Shown piece by piece: positions 53,148-63,500 of a stretch of 64,000 nt of DNA. Position 1 is the first letter of the stretch. Each line of letters begins with the position of its first letter. Both the position numbers and the translations under genes were made by a program. Under the pieces are notes generated by a model. That model did no database searches and was not told the origin of the DNA. It saw nothing but the letters and a program-made list of their open reading frames with translations. Source of the stretch: Candidatus Latescibacterota bacterium (GTDB lineage Bacteria > Latescibacterota > UBA2968 > UBA8231); the NCBI GenBank assembly GCA_965248355.1, contig OZ252098.1, positions 5,344,001 through 5,408,000 on the forward strand, read 5' to 3'.

Positions 53148-55166
53148 TCAGCGGGTCGCCCCGGCCCGGATGCGTTCCACGAGGGCGCGCCCTACGGCCT
53201 CCCGGCCCTGCTCCGCGGCGACCTGAAGCGCATAGCGCTCGGCGTCCTCGGAGCGGCCAGCCGCCATCAGCTCGAGAACCAGCAGGTCGAGAAGCTCGGC
53301 GAAGAACCTGCGCCGGATCTTTCCGTCCTGCACGGCGCCTTCCAGGGCAGCCAGGGCCCCGTCCCTCTCCCCCAGGAGATGGAGGGCATACCCCTCGATG
53401 AACGCCTGCAGCCCCGGGGAGAAGTCCGGCGCCCGGCCCAGGAAGCGCAGGCGGTCCAGGAGGGTGCCCAAGGCGGCTCTCTCCGTCTCCTCCAGGGGGT
53501 GCCCCATGAGCTGACCGCAGCGCACCCAGCGCAGGGTGGCCCACAGGTCGCCCCATATGGTGAAGGGCCGCTCGAGGCGGGAGGCGCGGTAGTAGTCCCG
53601 GGCCCGCGGGAAGTCCCGCGCGGCAAAGAGCGATTCAGCCACGTTCAGGGCCAGGAGGTTCGGCCCCTTCCCCTCCAGCCAGCTCTCGACCCCGCGCCGC
53701 TCCCCCGGGCTCAGTCCCTTCAGGAGTACCTCTCCCTGCCGCCGAAGGTCCTCCGCCCGCTCCTCGTTGCCGCGGTCCAAGGGGGGTGCGGTGAAAAGGC
53801 TGGCCATGGCCCTGGCCACGGCCAGGTCCTCGACGGGCAGGTCGCCGAGGCGGCGGCGGTAGCGGTCGTCGGCCTGGAGCCGCTTGAGCTCGCGGACGGA
53901 GAACCCCCAGGGGGGAGGTGCCTCCCGCAGCGCCGCGGTCACCGCGCGGGCGATCAGGGTCTGGCCGGGAGCGGTGGGATGCAGGTGATCGGCCATGAGC
54001 TCCCAGCCCACTCCGGCGGCCGGGCTGCGCTCCAGGAACCCGGCCTCCACCTCGGCCAGCAGCGCCCCTTCCTCGGCCGCCACCTGGCGCACGACCTCGT
54101 TCAGCCGGGCCGTGGCCCGCCAGGGCCGGGTATCCAGCTCGCGGGCCTGCACGTAGGCGGACCTCGCCGCGGCCCCGTCCCCCAGGCGCTCCAGGTGATG
54201 GCCGCGCAGGAAGTGCAGGTAGGCGTCGTCCTCCTTCAGCTCCCGAGCCTCTTCCAGGGCCGCCAGGGCGGCGGGCGAGGCCTGATGCCGGCCGCCGGCC
54301 GCCAGCAGATCGAGGTAGGCCGCGCCATCCTCCCCGGGAGAGGGCTCGCCGCGGGCCGGCGCGAAGCCCCGTTCGTTGCTGGTGAGGGTGCAGAGGACCA
54401 GGGGGATGCCCCGCTTCCGGCAGAAGGCGGCCACTTCCCGCAGGTTCCCCTCCAGGTTGGCCGCGGCCCTCTCCCGCCGCGGATCACCCACCGGGACGGC
54501 TCCCGTCCGGGACATGACCTCCAGAAGGTCGGCGCTCCGATCCTGCCCCGTGTCGAAGGCCCCGAGCAGCCGGCCCACGAGTCTGGTCATCCGCCACTGC
54601 ATCGCCGCGTAGTGGATTCCCTTGGCCCACACGCCCCGGCCGCCCTGGGAAAGGGAGGCGGCTCCGTACACTCCATGGAACTCGTTGTGTCCGGTGTAGA
54701 CCACCACGAGGTCGACCGCCAGAGCCCGGACACCGTCCTCCACGGCGCGGGCGACGGCGAAGCTCGAGGCCGCCGTGATCCCGGCGTTGAAGACCTCGAC
54801 AGGGCGGCCGAGATGGAGATCCCGGAGCATCTCCTGGAGGTAGGACGGCGCCGAGAGGCGCCTGGGATGGGGGAAGCCCTGCACCGTCGAACCGCCAGCG
54901 AAGAGCACCCGCAGGGCCTCCTGCGGGGCGGGTTCGATGTAGGGCCGGGGGGTCATGCGGATGCCGCCCAGGGGGAAGTCCCCCGCGACGCCGGCGAAGA
55001 ACCGGCGGGGGTAGTCCGGATTGACGGCGTGGAGGGTCCGGTCCTTGACCCTGGCGAGCTGGAGGGTGAAGGACGGGGGGGCCAGGGCCGGGATCAGCCG
55101 CAGCGCCCCTTCCAGGAGCAGCATCAGAACCAGGCCGAGGAACAGCGCCGCGAGGCGCATGCTCAT
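53148..55166 (-). CDS. SGNH/GDSL-like hydrolase domain protein with TPR-like C-terminus
   Basis: N-terminal anchor LLLEGALRL; GGSTVQG (block I), VFNAGITA, VYTGHNEF and DHLHPT (block V). Confidence 0.8.
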   Translation of the reverse strand: MSMRLAALFLGLVLMLLLEGALRLIPALAPPSFTLQLARVKDRTLHAVNPDYPRRFFAGVAGDFPLGGIRMTPRPYIEPAPQEALRVLFAGGSTVQGFPHPRRLSAPSYLQEMLRDLHLGRPVEVFNAGITAASSFAVARAVEDGVRALAVDLVVVYTGHNEFHGVYGAASLSQGGRGVWAKGIHYAAMQWRMTRLVGRLLGAFDTGQDRSADLLEVMSRTGAVPVGDPRRERAAANLEGNLREVAAFCRKRGIPLVLCTLTSNERGFAPARGEPSPGEDGAAYLDLLAAGGRHQASPAALAALEEARELKEDDAYLHFLRGHHLERLGDGAAARSAYVQARELDTRPWRATARLNEVVRQVAAEEGALLAEVEAGFLERSPAAGVGWELMADHLHPTAPGQTLIARAVTAALREAPPPWGFSVRELKRLQADDRYRRRLGDLPVEDLAVARAMASLFTAPPLDRGNEERAEDLRRQGEVLLKGLSPGERRGVESWLEGKGPNLLALNVAESLFAARDFPRARDYYRASRLERPFTIWGDLWATLRWVRCGQLMGHPLEETERAALGTLLDRLRFLGRAPDFSPGLQAFIEGYALHLLGERDGALAALEGAVQDGKIRRRFFAELLDLLVLELMAAGRSEDAERYALQVAAEQGREAVGRALVERIRAGATR

Positions 55167-55179
55167 GGCCCCCCGCCTC

Positions 55180-56865
55180 TTACCGGGAATCGCGGTCCTG
55201 GCGGGCGGCGGCGTAACCGGAGAGCGCCTCCTCGCGGATCTGCACCTCCTGGGCGTGGACACGACGCAGCGAATCGAGGAAGGTCTCGAAGAGCGCGGCT
55301 TCCCGCCCCCTGCGGATCTGCCCGCCGATGCGCCGCCGGATCCGCCAGAAAGGCACAGCCTCCTTCTCGAAGGGCTGGTCCAGGCGGAAGACGCTGTATC
55401 TCTCCTGGACCTCCAGCGGACCTTGCAGCAGGCCCACGTCCTCGGTGTTGCGGTCTCCGAAGACGGTGCGGTACGGCGACTGGTAGAGGGGCTGGATGGT
55501 GACCCTGCCGCTGTCGCCGAAAGTGTGGCCGCCCACGGGCTTCATGCCGGGACGCACCGAGTGGAGGGCCGCGAGTACCTCCAGCCGTTCTCCGGACCGC
55601 GCCCGAGCGAGGATCGAGTCGGCCAAGGCGCGGGTTTCGCAGAGCACCTCGGTCATGTGGATGAAGCCGGGAAGGGATGTGTAGGATTCCAGGTTCTGCT
55701 CGTAGTGAGCCTTCACCTCTTCTTCGGTCACCTCGACCCGGCCCTCCACCACGTCCTGTCGCAGTCGGGCCGCCATCAGCGCCAGGCGCTCCCTCTCCCT
55801 CCACTCCACCAGGCCCGGCCGCTCGGGCCACCCCCGGGCCCGGGCCTCGAGGACCAGCAGGGCGTCGGGGAGTATCCTCACATCGAGGGCCCGGAGGACG
55901 GCCGCGCTGTCCGGGGGCGCGGCGTTTCTCTCCAGGTCGCGCAGCCCCTCCAAGGCGTCGAGCACCGTGATGGCACCACCCTCGTACTCGATCAGGGGCG
56001 CCTGCTCCTGGGCCGGGTCGATCCCCCGGCCGTGCAACCCGTCGAGAACGGCCTGCACGAGGCGGTGGTGATAGCGCACGCCGCGCGCCTCCTTGAGCGA
56101 ATCGATGACCGCCGTGCGCCGCTCCCAGCCCTTGCGCGTTACCAGGCGCTGGAAGATCTCCAGGCGCAACTGCTCGAAGGGAAGGCGCCGCTTCCGGAGC
56201 ACCTTGACCACCTCGTAGCCCTCGAAGGTGCGGATCGGCTCGCTGACCTGCCCTTCCTCCAGGTGGAAGGCCCCCTCGCGCAGGCTGGGAACGGCATCCG
56301 AGGGCCCGAAGAAGGCCTGCAGGTCGCCGCCCTTGTCCGCGTCGCCGGCCAGGGATCGCTCCCGGGCCAGCCCGGAGAAGCCGGCTCCTTCCGACAGCAG
56401 GCGGATGATCTCGCGGGCCTCTTCCTCGCGGGCGGAGAGGATGTGGGCGGGCCAGATCTCCCAACCCAGCGACTGCTCCTCGTAGAAGGCGCGCAGCTCT
56501 TCCTCCGTGACCGAGACGCGGGCGTCGACCAGCTCCCTGGACAGTTCCCCGGCGGCGCGTTCATCGACCATCGCCGAGAGGGTCCTCTCCAGGTCCGGGA
56601 GCCGGTCCAGCCCCCGCCGGCCGGCCTCGCCCAGTACCAGCTCCCTGTCCACGAGGCTCTGAAGGTGGGCGCGATGGGCCGCTGCGTCCTCCTTCTTCGA
56701 TCGCAGGTAGTCGGGCAGGGTCCGCTCGTACTCGTCCAGGTCCAGGGCGGTGATCGCCCGCCCGTCGACCGTGGCCAGGACCGCGGCGGGATCGCCGGGT
56801 CCGGCCTGGGGGGCGCACGCCGGGAGGACGGCGCAAAGACCCACTGCGATAGATCTCCACAACAT
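55180..56865 (-). CDS. Parvulin-type peptidyl-prolyl isomerase / SurA-PrsA-like lipoprotein chaperone
   Basis: Lipobox-like VLPAC; VLATVDGRAIT, VTEEELRAFY, AHIL and FSGLARERS...KGGDL..GQVSEPI; a second degenerate PpiC domain. Confidence 0.85.
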   Translation of the reverse strand: MLWRSIAVGLCAVLPACAPQAGPGDPAAVLATVDGRAITALDLDEYERTLPDYLRSKKEDAAAHRAHLQSLVDRELVLGEAGRRGLDRLPDLERTLSAMVDERAAGELSRELVDARVSVTEEELRAFYEEQSLGWEIWPAHILSAREEEAREIIRLLSEGAGFSGLARERSLAGDADKGGDLQAFFGPSDAVPSLREGAFHLEEGQVSEPIRTFEGYEVVKVLRKRRLPFEQLRLEIFQRLVTRKGWERRTAVIDSLKEARGVRYHHRLVQAVLDGLHGRGIDPAQEQAPLIEYEGGAITVLDALEGLRDLERNAAPPDSAAVLRALDVRILPDALLVLEARARGWPERPGLVEWRERERLALMAARLRQDVVEGRVEVTEEEVKAHYEQNLESYTSLPGFIHMTEVLCETRALADSILARARSGERLEVLAALHSVRPGMKPVGGHTFGDSGRVTIQPLYQSPYRTVFGDRNTEDVGLLQGPLEVQERYSVFRLDQPFEKEAVPFWRIRRRIGGQIRRGREAALFETFLDSLRRVHAQEVQIREEALSGYAAARQDRDSR

Positions 56866-56881
56866 CGATGGTCGTCCTGTC

Positions 56882-56923
56882 AAAGAAACTGCGCGGCGCC
56901 CCCTTGCGGCGGGACCGCGCAGT
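56882..56923 (-). terminator. Intrinsic terminator after the lipoprotein gene
   Basis: Minus strand ACTGCGCGG-tcccgcc-GCAA-gggggcg-CCGCGCAGT followed by TTCTTT. Confidence 0.7.
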
Positions 56924-56943
56924 CAGGTGATATCGAGGACCTG

Positions 56944-57702
56944 CTAGTCGCTGGTGGCCACCCTGCTTCCGTCCGGGTAGATGCGGCCGATCTCCCGTTC
57001 GAAGCGCATGGCCACGTCCACCGCCTCCACCGGATCCCCCTTGAAGTCGAAGCGCACCACCACGCCGGGGATATGGACCGTCAGTGCCTCCACGTCCGGG
57101 GCCAGGGGCCTGAAGACCAGGTACCCCTCGCTCTCCTGGGCGCTGAAGATCGGCCTGCCGGAGAGCATCGTGCCGCGCAGGATGGAGTCCCGCTCGTTCC
57201 AGGTGGAGTAGGCGTTGCCGCTCACCCCCGGGGCGTTGCCGCCGGTTCCCCCTCCCACGTAGCGGTGGTAGTAGATCCAGAGCTGTTCGTGGGTCAGGGC
57301 GTGGTACTTGCGGCCGTTGGAGGTGGTGATATGGACCCTCTCGGGGTCCAGGAGGACCTTGGGGTACTGGTAGTTGGAGATGAAGACCCGGAAGACGGTG
57401 AAGCGTTGGGGGGTGTCCCCGGTGCGGAAGTAGGTGGAGTTGCCGAAGGTGTAGGGGTTGCGCGAGTCGGCCCCGTCCCCGGAGAAGGAGCTGAACTGGC
57501 GGTTCAGCTCCTCGTCGGTCATGGGCCGCAGGCTGATCTCGAGACGGCCCTGGGTATAGGTGACGGTGCCGTCGTCGGCCACCGTCTTGTTCTCTCCCTG
57601 CTCGGCCTCGCTCATGGGCTGGAGGGCCTCCGCGTAATAGCGGTATGAGCAGCCGGGAAGAAGCAGCAGGGCCGGAAGCAGCGGAATGAGGCACTTGATC
57701 AT
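56944..57702 (-). CDS. Uncharacterised lipoprotein (paralog of 47490-48218)
   Basis: Lipobox LLLPGC; TVADDG.VTY.QGRLE..LRP.TDEELNRQF shared with the paralog. Confidence 0.8.
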   Translation of the reverse strand: MIKCLIPLLPALLLLPGCSYRYYAEALQPMSEAEQGENKTVADDGTVTYTQGRLEISLRPMTDEELNRQFSSFSGDGADSRNPYTFGNSTYFRTGDTPQRFTVFRVFISNYQYPKVLLDPERVHITTSNGRKYHALTHEQLWIYYHRYVGGGTGGNAPGVSGNAYSTWNERDSILRGTMLSGRPIFSAQESEGYLVFRPLAPDVEALTVHIPGVVVRFDFKGDPVEAVDVAMRFEREIGRIYPDGSRVATSD

Positions 57703-57711
57703 GATCCCCTC

Positions 57712-60462
57712 CTACTCTACGCCGGCGAAGATGGTTACGAACATGGTCGTCTCCGTCCTCGCCTTCTCCGCCGAGGCGCGGTCGATGCGGGAGACGCGGA
57801 ACCCGGCCTGGGTCCACACGTTGAAGCCTTGGTACTCCGCACTGTTGGTGACCTGAAGGGCATAGACCATCTCGTCGCGGTCCGAGCGCAGCTGGTGGTT
57901 CTTCAACTCCTCGCGGAACTGCTTGACGAGCAGGTACTCGAGGCCGGTCTGCAACTCGGTGTGGGACAGGATCGGCAGGCGCAGGACCAGGGACCCGAGC
58001 TCGCGCAACTCCGTCGTGGCCACGCGCACCAGGGTGTTCTCCCGGCGCGAGGGGCGCTGGCGCATGTACTCGCTCTTCCACCGGGGCTGGATCTTGAAGG
58101 GGCCGAGGTCGAGGGTGTAGTCGATCTTGTTGAGGATGCCGACGAAGGAGGCCGTCTCGCGGATGTCCTGCTGCTCCACGGGCCGCTCGGAGTAGTTCGA
58201 CTGGCCCAGGACCTCCCACTTGACCCGGTTGCGGAAGTGCAGGCGGTCGCCCCGGTACAGGTAGCCCAGGTACAGGGTGTTGGCCCATCCGTCGCGCAGG
58301 GGCAGGGGATCGGCGTAGTCCACGAAGTCTCCGCGCGAGCCTTCGAGGACGACCCACTCGATCACGTTGTCGCGGATGTCGTCCTGGGCCCGCCGGTAGT
58401 TGTTGTAGACCTGCACGCGCCCCAGGCCCGCGTAGTCCTTGTCGAGGGTGAGCAGGACGTAGTTGGTGGCGTTCCTCCGGTCGTCGGCCAACTGGCGCTC
58501 GTCGAGGCGGCCCACGGTGAGGCGCGCCTCCGGCCCCAGGTGGGAACCGACGTAGAAGTTGTACCCGCGCCGGTCCCGCTTGTAAAGGTAGTCGGGGAAG
58601 TCGTCGTTCTCGAAGCGGTCGACGATGCCGTTGTTGTTCATGTCGATCCCGAAGAGGAACTCGGGCCGGTCCGAGGAGAAGCGCAGGAAGGGCTCCTCGT
58701 AGTCGGGCTGCTGGTTGCGGCGGTACTCGGTGTCGTTCTGGTTGTAATCGTTGATGAAGTCGTTGTTCTCGTCGTACCCGGGAAAGACCCTGAGGTCGTG
58801 GCCGAAGTTGGCCCGCCGCCAGTCGGGATTGCGGTCCTGGTCGTCGTTGTCGTCGACGAACTCGTAGACGAAACGGCTCTCGTCGTCGTAGTGGATGTCG
58901 GCGGCGTCGTTCAGAACGCCCGCCAGGTAGGAGCTGGTGCCGTAGCCGGCGTCGACGTTGTAGAGCTCGCCGAATCCGAAGTAGGGGTAGGCCCGCTTGT
59001 AGAGGTTGACGAACCAGGCGTCGGCCGAGGTGTTGTGGGAACGGTGGTTGGTCACGTCCACCTCGGTCCGCCGCGGGTAGCGGAAATGCTGGCGGTTCCG
59101 GTCGTACTCGGCGGAGAGAAAGAACCCGCCCACGTCGGTGATGTCGATGGTGCCGCCGAAGATCTCATTGGCCACGGGCAGGCCGTACTTGACGCTCACG
59201 AAGCCCTGGTTCGAGCCGTCCCGCACGTTGCCCGGCGCCCGCAGGGTGCGCTCCGGGATGCCCTCGGAGAGCAGGACCGGCTGATCGTTGGCGTTGAGCT
59301 GGCGGTTGGAGGTGAGGTCGATGCGGTAGTCGTTGGCCAGGAGAAAGCGGAACTCGATGCTCCGGATCTGCTCGGGCTGGGGGCCGAAGGAAGCCTGGTA
59401 CTGGGGTCCCTCGAGGTCGTAGATCAGCACGATGATCTCGCGGCCGTCGGCGGAGAGGAAGCCCTGGGGGTTGAGGAAGCCTCCCTGCTCGGAGGGATGG
59501 AAGGCGAGGATGTTGCTGTCGCCGATGCGGCGGCGGTTGCTGATGCGCTCGCCGTCGATGGTGGTGATGATCATCTCTTCCTGGTAGTAGGCGGCGCCGG
59601 CGATGTCGTCCTCGGGCGAATCGTCGCTCAGGCGCACCTCGATGCGCGTGATGTCGGCGCTGTTCTGGCCCTCGGTCAGGGTTCCCTTGAAGGGGTTGCC
59701 CTGGAAGGCCTGCCCCTTGGTGGAGGAGTTGAAGGCGTTCACGTAGGTCCCGCCCAGCTTGACGAAGTCGCCCACCTGGACGGTGCCGCGGCCCCCGAGC
59801 AGGTTGGTGTCGTTCGAGCGGAACCGGCCTGTGCTGGTCGCCTCCGGCCCCTCGATGCTGCCGGGCGCGCTGGGACGGGAGACGAGCAGGGTCGCCTCGT
59901 ACTTGTCGGTGGCCATGTCCAGCTGAATGCCGGCGAAGGACGGCTTGGAGAAGGTCATCGGCGTCAGGGTGGAACGGATGCGGTCGCCGACGGTCATGGC
60001 ATAGGAGTACTGGCCCTTCTGGTCGGAGGCGACGATCAGGTTGGAGAACCAGCCGTAGGAGTTGGTCTTGAAGAGGCTGCTGCCCGATGTCTGCGGGGCC
60101 GCGACGATCCAGTCGTAGACGAGCCGGCCGCGGGTGACGTAGTTCCCGTAGAGGTCGTAGAAGTACTCTCCCTCCAGGGAGGTGTTCACGAAGCGCTGAT
60201 AGTGCCGGCGGGCGTAGTTGGTGTACTCCTGTTGGCGCCATTGGTACTCGTTGAACAACTCCTGCGGCACGTACCACTTCTTGACCGCCGGGTCCAGGGC
60301 GTCGAAGAGTACGCCCGGCCCCGTTGGCGCGTAATGGACTTCGCCGCCTCGGCGCACGCCCAGCCGGGCTCCGAAGTCCTCCTGCGCCGCCAGGTCCTGC
60401 GCGATCGCCCCCAGCATCAGCACTGCCAGAGCACAGGGGTGCCACCTCCTCGCTGTGTTCAC
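57712..60462 (-). CDS. Large exported protein, putative outer-membrane beta-barrel with acidic loops
   Basis: Signal peptide ending AAQ; alternating aromatic/hydrophobic strands in the C-terminal third; ends TMFVTIFAGVE; DxxD-rich loops. Confidence 0.6.
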   Translation of the reverse strand: MNTARRWHPCALAVLMLGAIAQDLAAQEDFGARLGVRRGGEVHYAPTGPGVLFDALDPAVKKWYVPQELFNEYQWRQQEYTNYARRHYQRFVNTSLEGEYFYDLYGNYVTRGRLVYDWIVAAPQTSGSSLFKTNSYGWFSNLIVASDQKGQYSYAMTVGDRIRSTLTPMTFSKPSFAGIQLDMATDKYEATLLVSRPSAPGSIEGPEATSTGRFRSNDTNLLGGRGTVQVGDFVKLGGTYVNAFNSSTKGQAFQGNPFKGTLTEGQNSADITRIEVRLSDDSPEDDIAGAAYYQEEMIITTIDGERISNRRRIGDSNILAFHPSEQGGFLNPQGFLSADGREIIVLIYDLEGPQYQASFGPQPEQIRSIEFRFLLANDYRIDLTSNRQLNANDQPVLLSEGIPERTLRAPGNVRDGSNQGFVSVKYGLPVANEIFGGTIDITDVGGFFLSAEYDRNRQHFRYPRRTEVDVTNHRSHNTSADAWFVNLYKRAYPYFGFGELYNVDAGYGTSSYLAGVLNDAADIHYDDESRFVYEFVDDNDDQDRNPDWRRANFGHDLRVFPGYDENNDFINDYNQNDTEYRRNQQPDYEEPFLRFSSDRPEFLFGIDMNNNGIVDRFENDDFPDYLYKRDRRGYNFYVGSHLGPEARLTVGRLDERQLADDRRNATNYVLLTLDKDYAGLGRVQVYNNYRRAQDDIRDNVIEWVVLEGSRGDFVDYADPLPLRDGWANTLYLGYLYRGDRLHFRNRVKWEVLGQSNYSERPVEQQDIRETASFVGILNKIDYTLDLGPFKIQPRWKSEYMRQRPSRRENTLVRVATTELRELGSLVLRLPILSHTELQTGLEYLLVKQFREELKNHQLRSDRDEMVYALQVTNSAEYQGFNVWTQAGFRVSRIDRASAEKARTETTMFVTIFAGVE

Positions 60463-60520
60463 AGATACCTCCCTTGTTGTCCTGCTCTCCGGTCCCGGTT
60501 GCCCAGGGTATCGTGATTCT

Positions 60521-63500
60521 TCAATAGGCCACGTGGACGAGCCGCATGAACTGGCTGTCCTCGAAATCGGCCTCGACCTTGATCCGGCAGAGATAGATCC
60601 CCGGCGGCACCAGCCGTCCGCCCGGGTCGCGCCCGTCCCAGGTGAAGGTGTTGTACCCCGCCTTGGGACTCGCCGCGGCGCTTTGCCCGCGGCCGACCAG
60701 GCGGCCTCCCAGGTCGAAGAACTCCACCTCCAGGGGCCGCTCCTCCAGCACCTTCAGCAGGACGAAGCGCACCGGCAGCTCGTCGTTGACGCCGTCGCCG
60801 TTGGGCGTGAAGACCGGGGCCAGCGCCACGTCCTGGATCAGGGGGCCCTCCAGCTCCGTCAGGCTCACCCTCGTGGTGGAGGACGCCACCAGCTCCGTGG
60901 CGTCCCTGGCGTCGGTGTCCACCCGCTGGAAGACGAGCTCATCGGAGTCGGAAGCGCGCACGAAGGAGGTGAACTCGATGCCTTCGCGGAAGCTCTGCGA
61001 CTCGAACTGCACCTCCACGAGGGCGTGTTCCCCGGCGGGCAGGCCGGTGTTGATCGAGAAGGGAAAGCGCACCCAGATCGAGTCCGGGCCGGCCATCACC
61101 TGCTCGAGGAGCTGCCCTTCCGAATCGCGGAAGACGCCGTCGCCGCCGGGGGCGAAGACGTTGTCGAAACGGGTGGCCACCGCCGAGGTCTCCTCCTGAT
61201 CCGGGTCGAGGGCAGAGGCCCTGCTGGCCACCTCCACCCGGCCGATGCGGACCCCGGTGAGGCGGGCGGCGCGGGGTGTGGTGATCAGCACCTCGTCGAA
61301 GCCGCCGCGCACGGTCGGGTCGGGCCCGGCGGAGCGGATGAAGTAGGAGAACCGCTGGGGCTCGAGGGGGTCGATGCCGCTGGGCGGGGTGTAGTCCGTG
61401 GACAGGACGTCCAGATCGGTCAACGCCCGCCCCGCCCCCTCGCCGCTCAGAAGCGCCAGCTCCCCGACCAGCTCCAGGGCCAGGGGAGGCGCCAGGTCGA
61501 TGCGCAGGCTGCGGAGCCGCGCCGTCTTGAAGGGGTCCTCCGACCGGAGGTTGACGCGGACCTGGATGAACTTGCGCGGGTTGGGAGAGGTGACGGCCGC
61601 CTCGTTGACGCCGTTGGTGGGCAGGTAGCTCTCGCTCCAGTTGCTCCAGCCGACGAAGGCCAGCTCGCCGTCCTTGGCGAAGGTCGAGCGCGGCGCCCGG
61701 CGCAGCTTCTTGCCGTCCTCGTCGACGAGGCCGTCGCCGTCGTTGTCCTTGAAGTCGATGGGGTCCTCGTCCTCCAGGCCGTCGCCGTCGTCGTCGGCGC
61801 GGGAGGCGTGCCTCTGGTCGCTGGGCAGGGTCTGCCAGTATTCCCAGGCGGCCCACTCCAGGGCGATCTGGTCATGGCGCTCCCTGGGGACCTCCGCGCG
61901 CTCCTCGCTGCCGGCCACGGTGACGACCTCGTAGTAGGTGAAGTTGCTGTCGGTCTGGTCGGAGGTGCGGGTCTGCACCTGGAGGCGGACGTCGGGATCG
62001 CTGCCGAGGGGCTCGATGCGCTCCACGGGCTGGCCGGTGAGGGGGTCGGTCTCGCGGACGATGATGTCGCCCTCCCAGACGATGCGGGGCAGGGTCTTGC
62101 GGATGAAGTCGCCCCGCGAGTCGGTCAGCGCGATGGGGGGCGAGTAGGCCCAGACGCTGACCGGGTAACCCTCGCCGTAGAGCTGGAACTCGGCCAGGGT
62201 CGCCAGCGCGCCATACCTGCCGGAAGACGACCCGGTAATGTCGAGGTCGCGGATCTGCAGGAAGCGGATCTTGCGGAAGGGGAAGTCCTCCTGGAAGATG
62301 CGCACCTTCGACGTGCGGTTGGTGAGCTTCTCCTCGCCGATGATGTTGTGCCACTGGAGCCCGTCCTCGAGCTGGGGGAAGTCGCTGCGGTCCTTCATGG
62401 CCACCGGCTTGAGCAGGGTGCCGTCGGAGACCAGGATGCCCGGGCCTATGAAGGCGCCATGGTTGCTCTGGTTGATGCGCTTGTTGACCACGGAGAGGTT
62501 GTCGACCCAGAACACGGCGCCCAGGTCGTACCAGGCCGTGCCCTTGACGTAGACGGGGGACCAGGTATTGGCCGCCCACTCCGTGTCGTAGTTCCCGTCG
62601 GTGGCCAGCTCGGGGGCGCCCAGTTCGCCGTGCTCGAGGGAGGCGCCGGCTCGGCTCTCGGGCCGGAAGGCGTAGTTGTCGCCCCTGGCCCAGACCAGGA
62701 CCTCGGCGAGGCGGGGGACCTCCTTGACGTAGTAGAGGATCGGCCCGCGCTTTGCCTCGGGCAGGTCCTGGTACTTGTCACTGGCGGTCTGATTGCGGTT
62801 GTCCAGGAGGTCGACGAGCAGGCCGCCGGCCGTCCGCCGCTGATGGATGATGGCGCCGCGGCGCTCCCTCGGCAGCGCCTCGTAGGCGAGGCGGGCCTCT
62901 TCACCCGATCCCAGGAAGGCATCGCGCCAGAAATCGGAGCCCGTGGCCTTGAAGCGGACGTACTGGAGAAAGGTCCCGCTGATGTCGGGGATGCCGTCCT
63001 GGTCCCAGTCGGCCCGGTCCAGGGGAGAGAGAGGGAAGGTCATCTGCCCGTAGCGGCCGTCCGTGCCGGGCACGGGCACGAGCGCCACGCCGTCCACCCC
63101 GACCACCCCCGACGCCGCCTGGGCGACGAGGCTGAAGCGCAGATTGCTGCCCAGGGGGAAGGGGAAGCGCTCGCCCATGGAGGCGAAGATCGCGAAGGCT
63201 TTGACGGGTTGGCCGGGGAACTCTCCCTCGAACTGGTCGGAGGGAAAGATGAAGGTCAGGCTGTCGGCGAAGACCAGCCGGCCGAGGTCGATCTCCACCT
63301 CCCACTCGCGCAGGCCGTCGAGATGGAAGTCGCCCGGGGCGCCCAGGCGGCTGGCGTGATCGGCGGGCGTGTCCGGCTCCCAGAACGTGGTCAGGTCGCC
63401 GTCGATGATGTTGCCGGCCAGGCCGTCGTTGGTCTTGGCGGTGGCCCCGCCCCGGGTCGGCGAGCCCTGGGCCCGGACCTGGTCCTTGTAGGTGTAGTCC

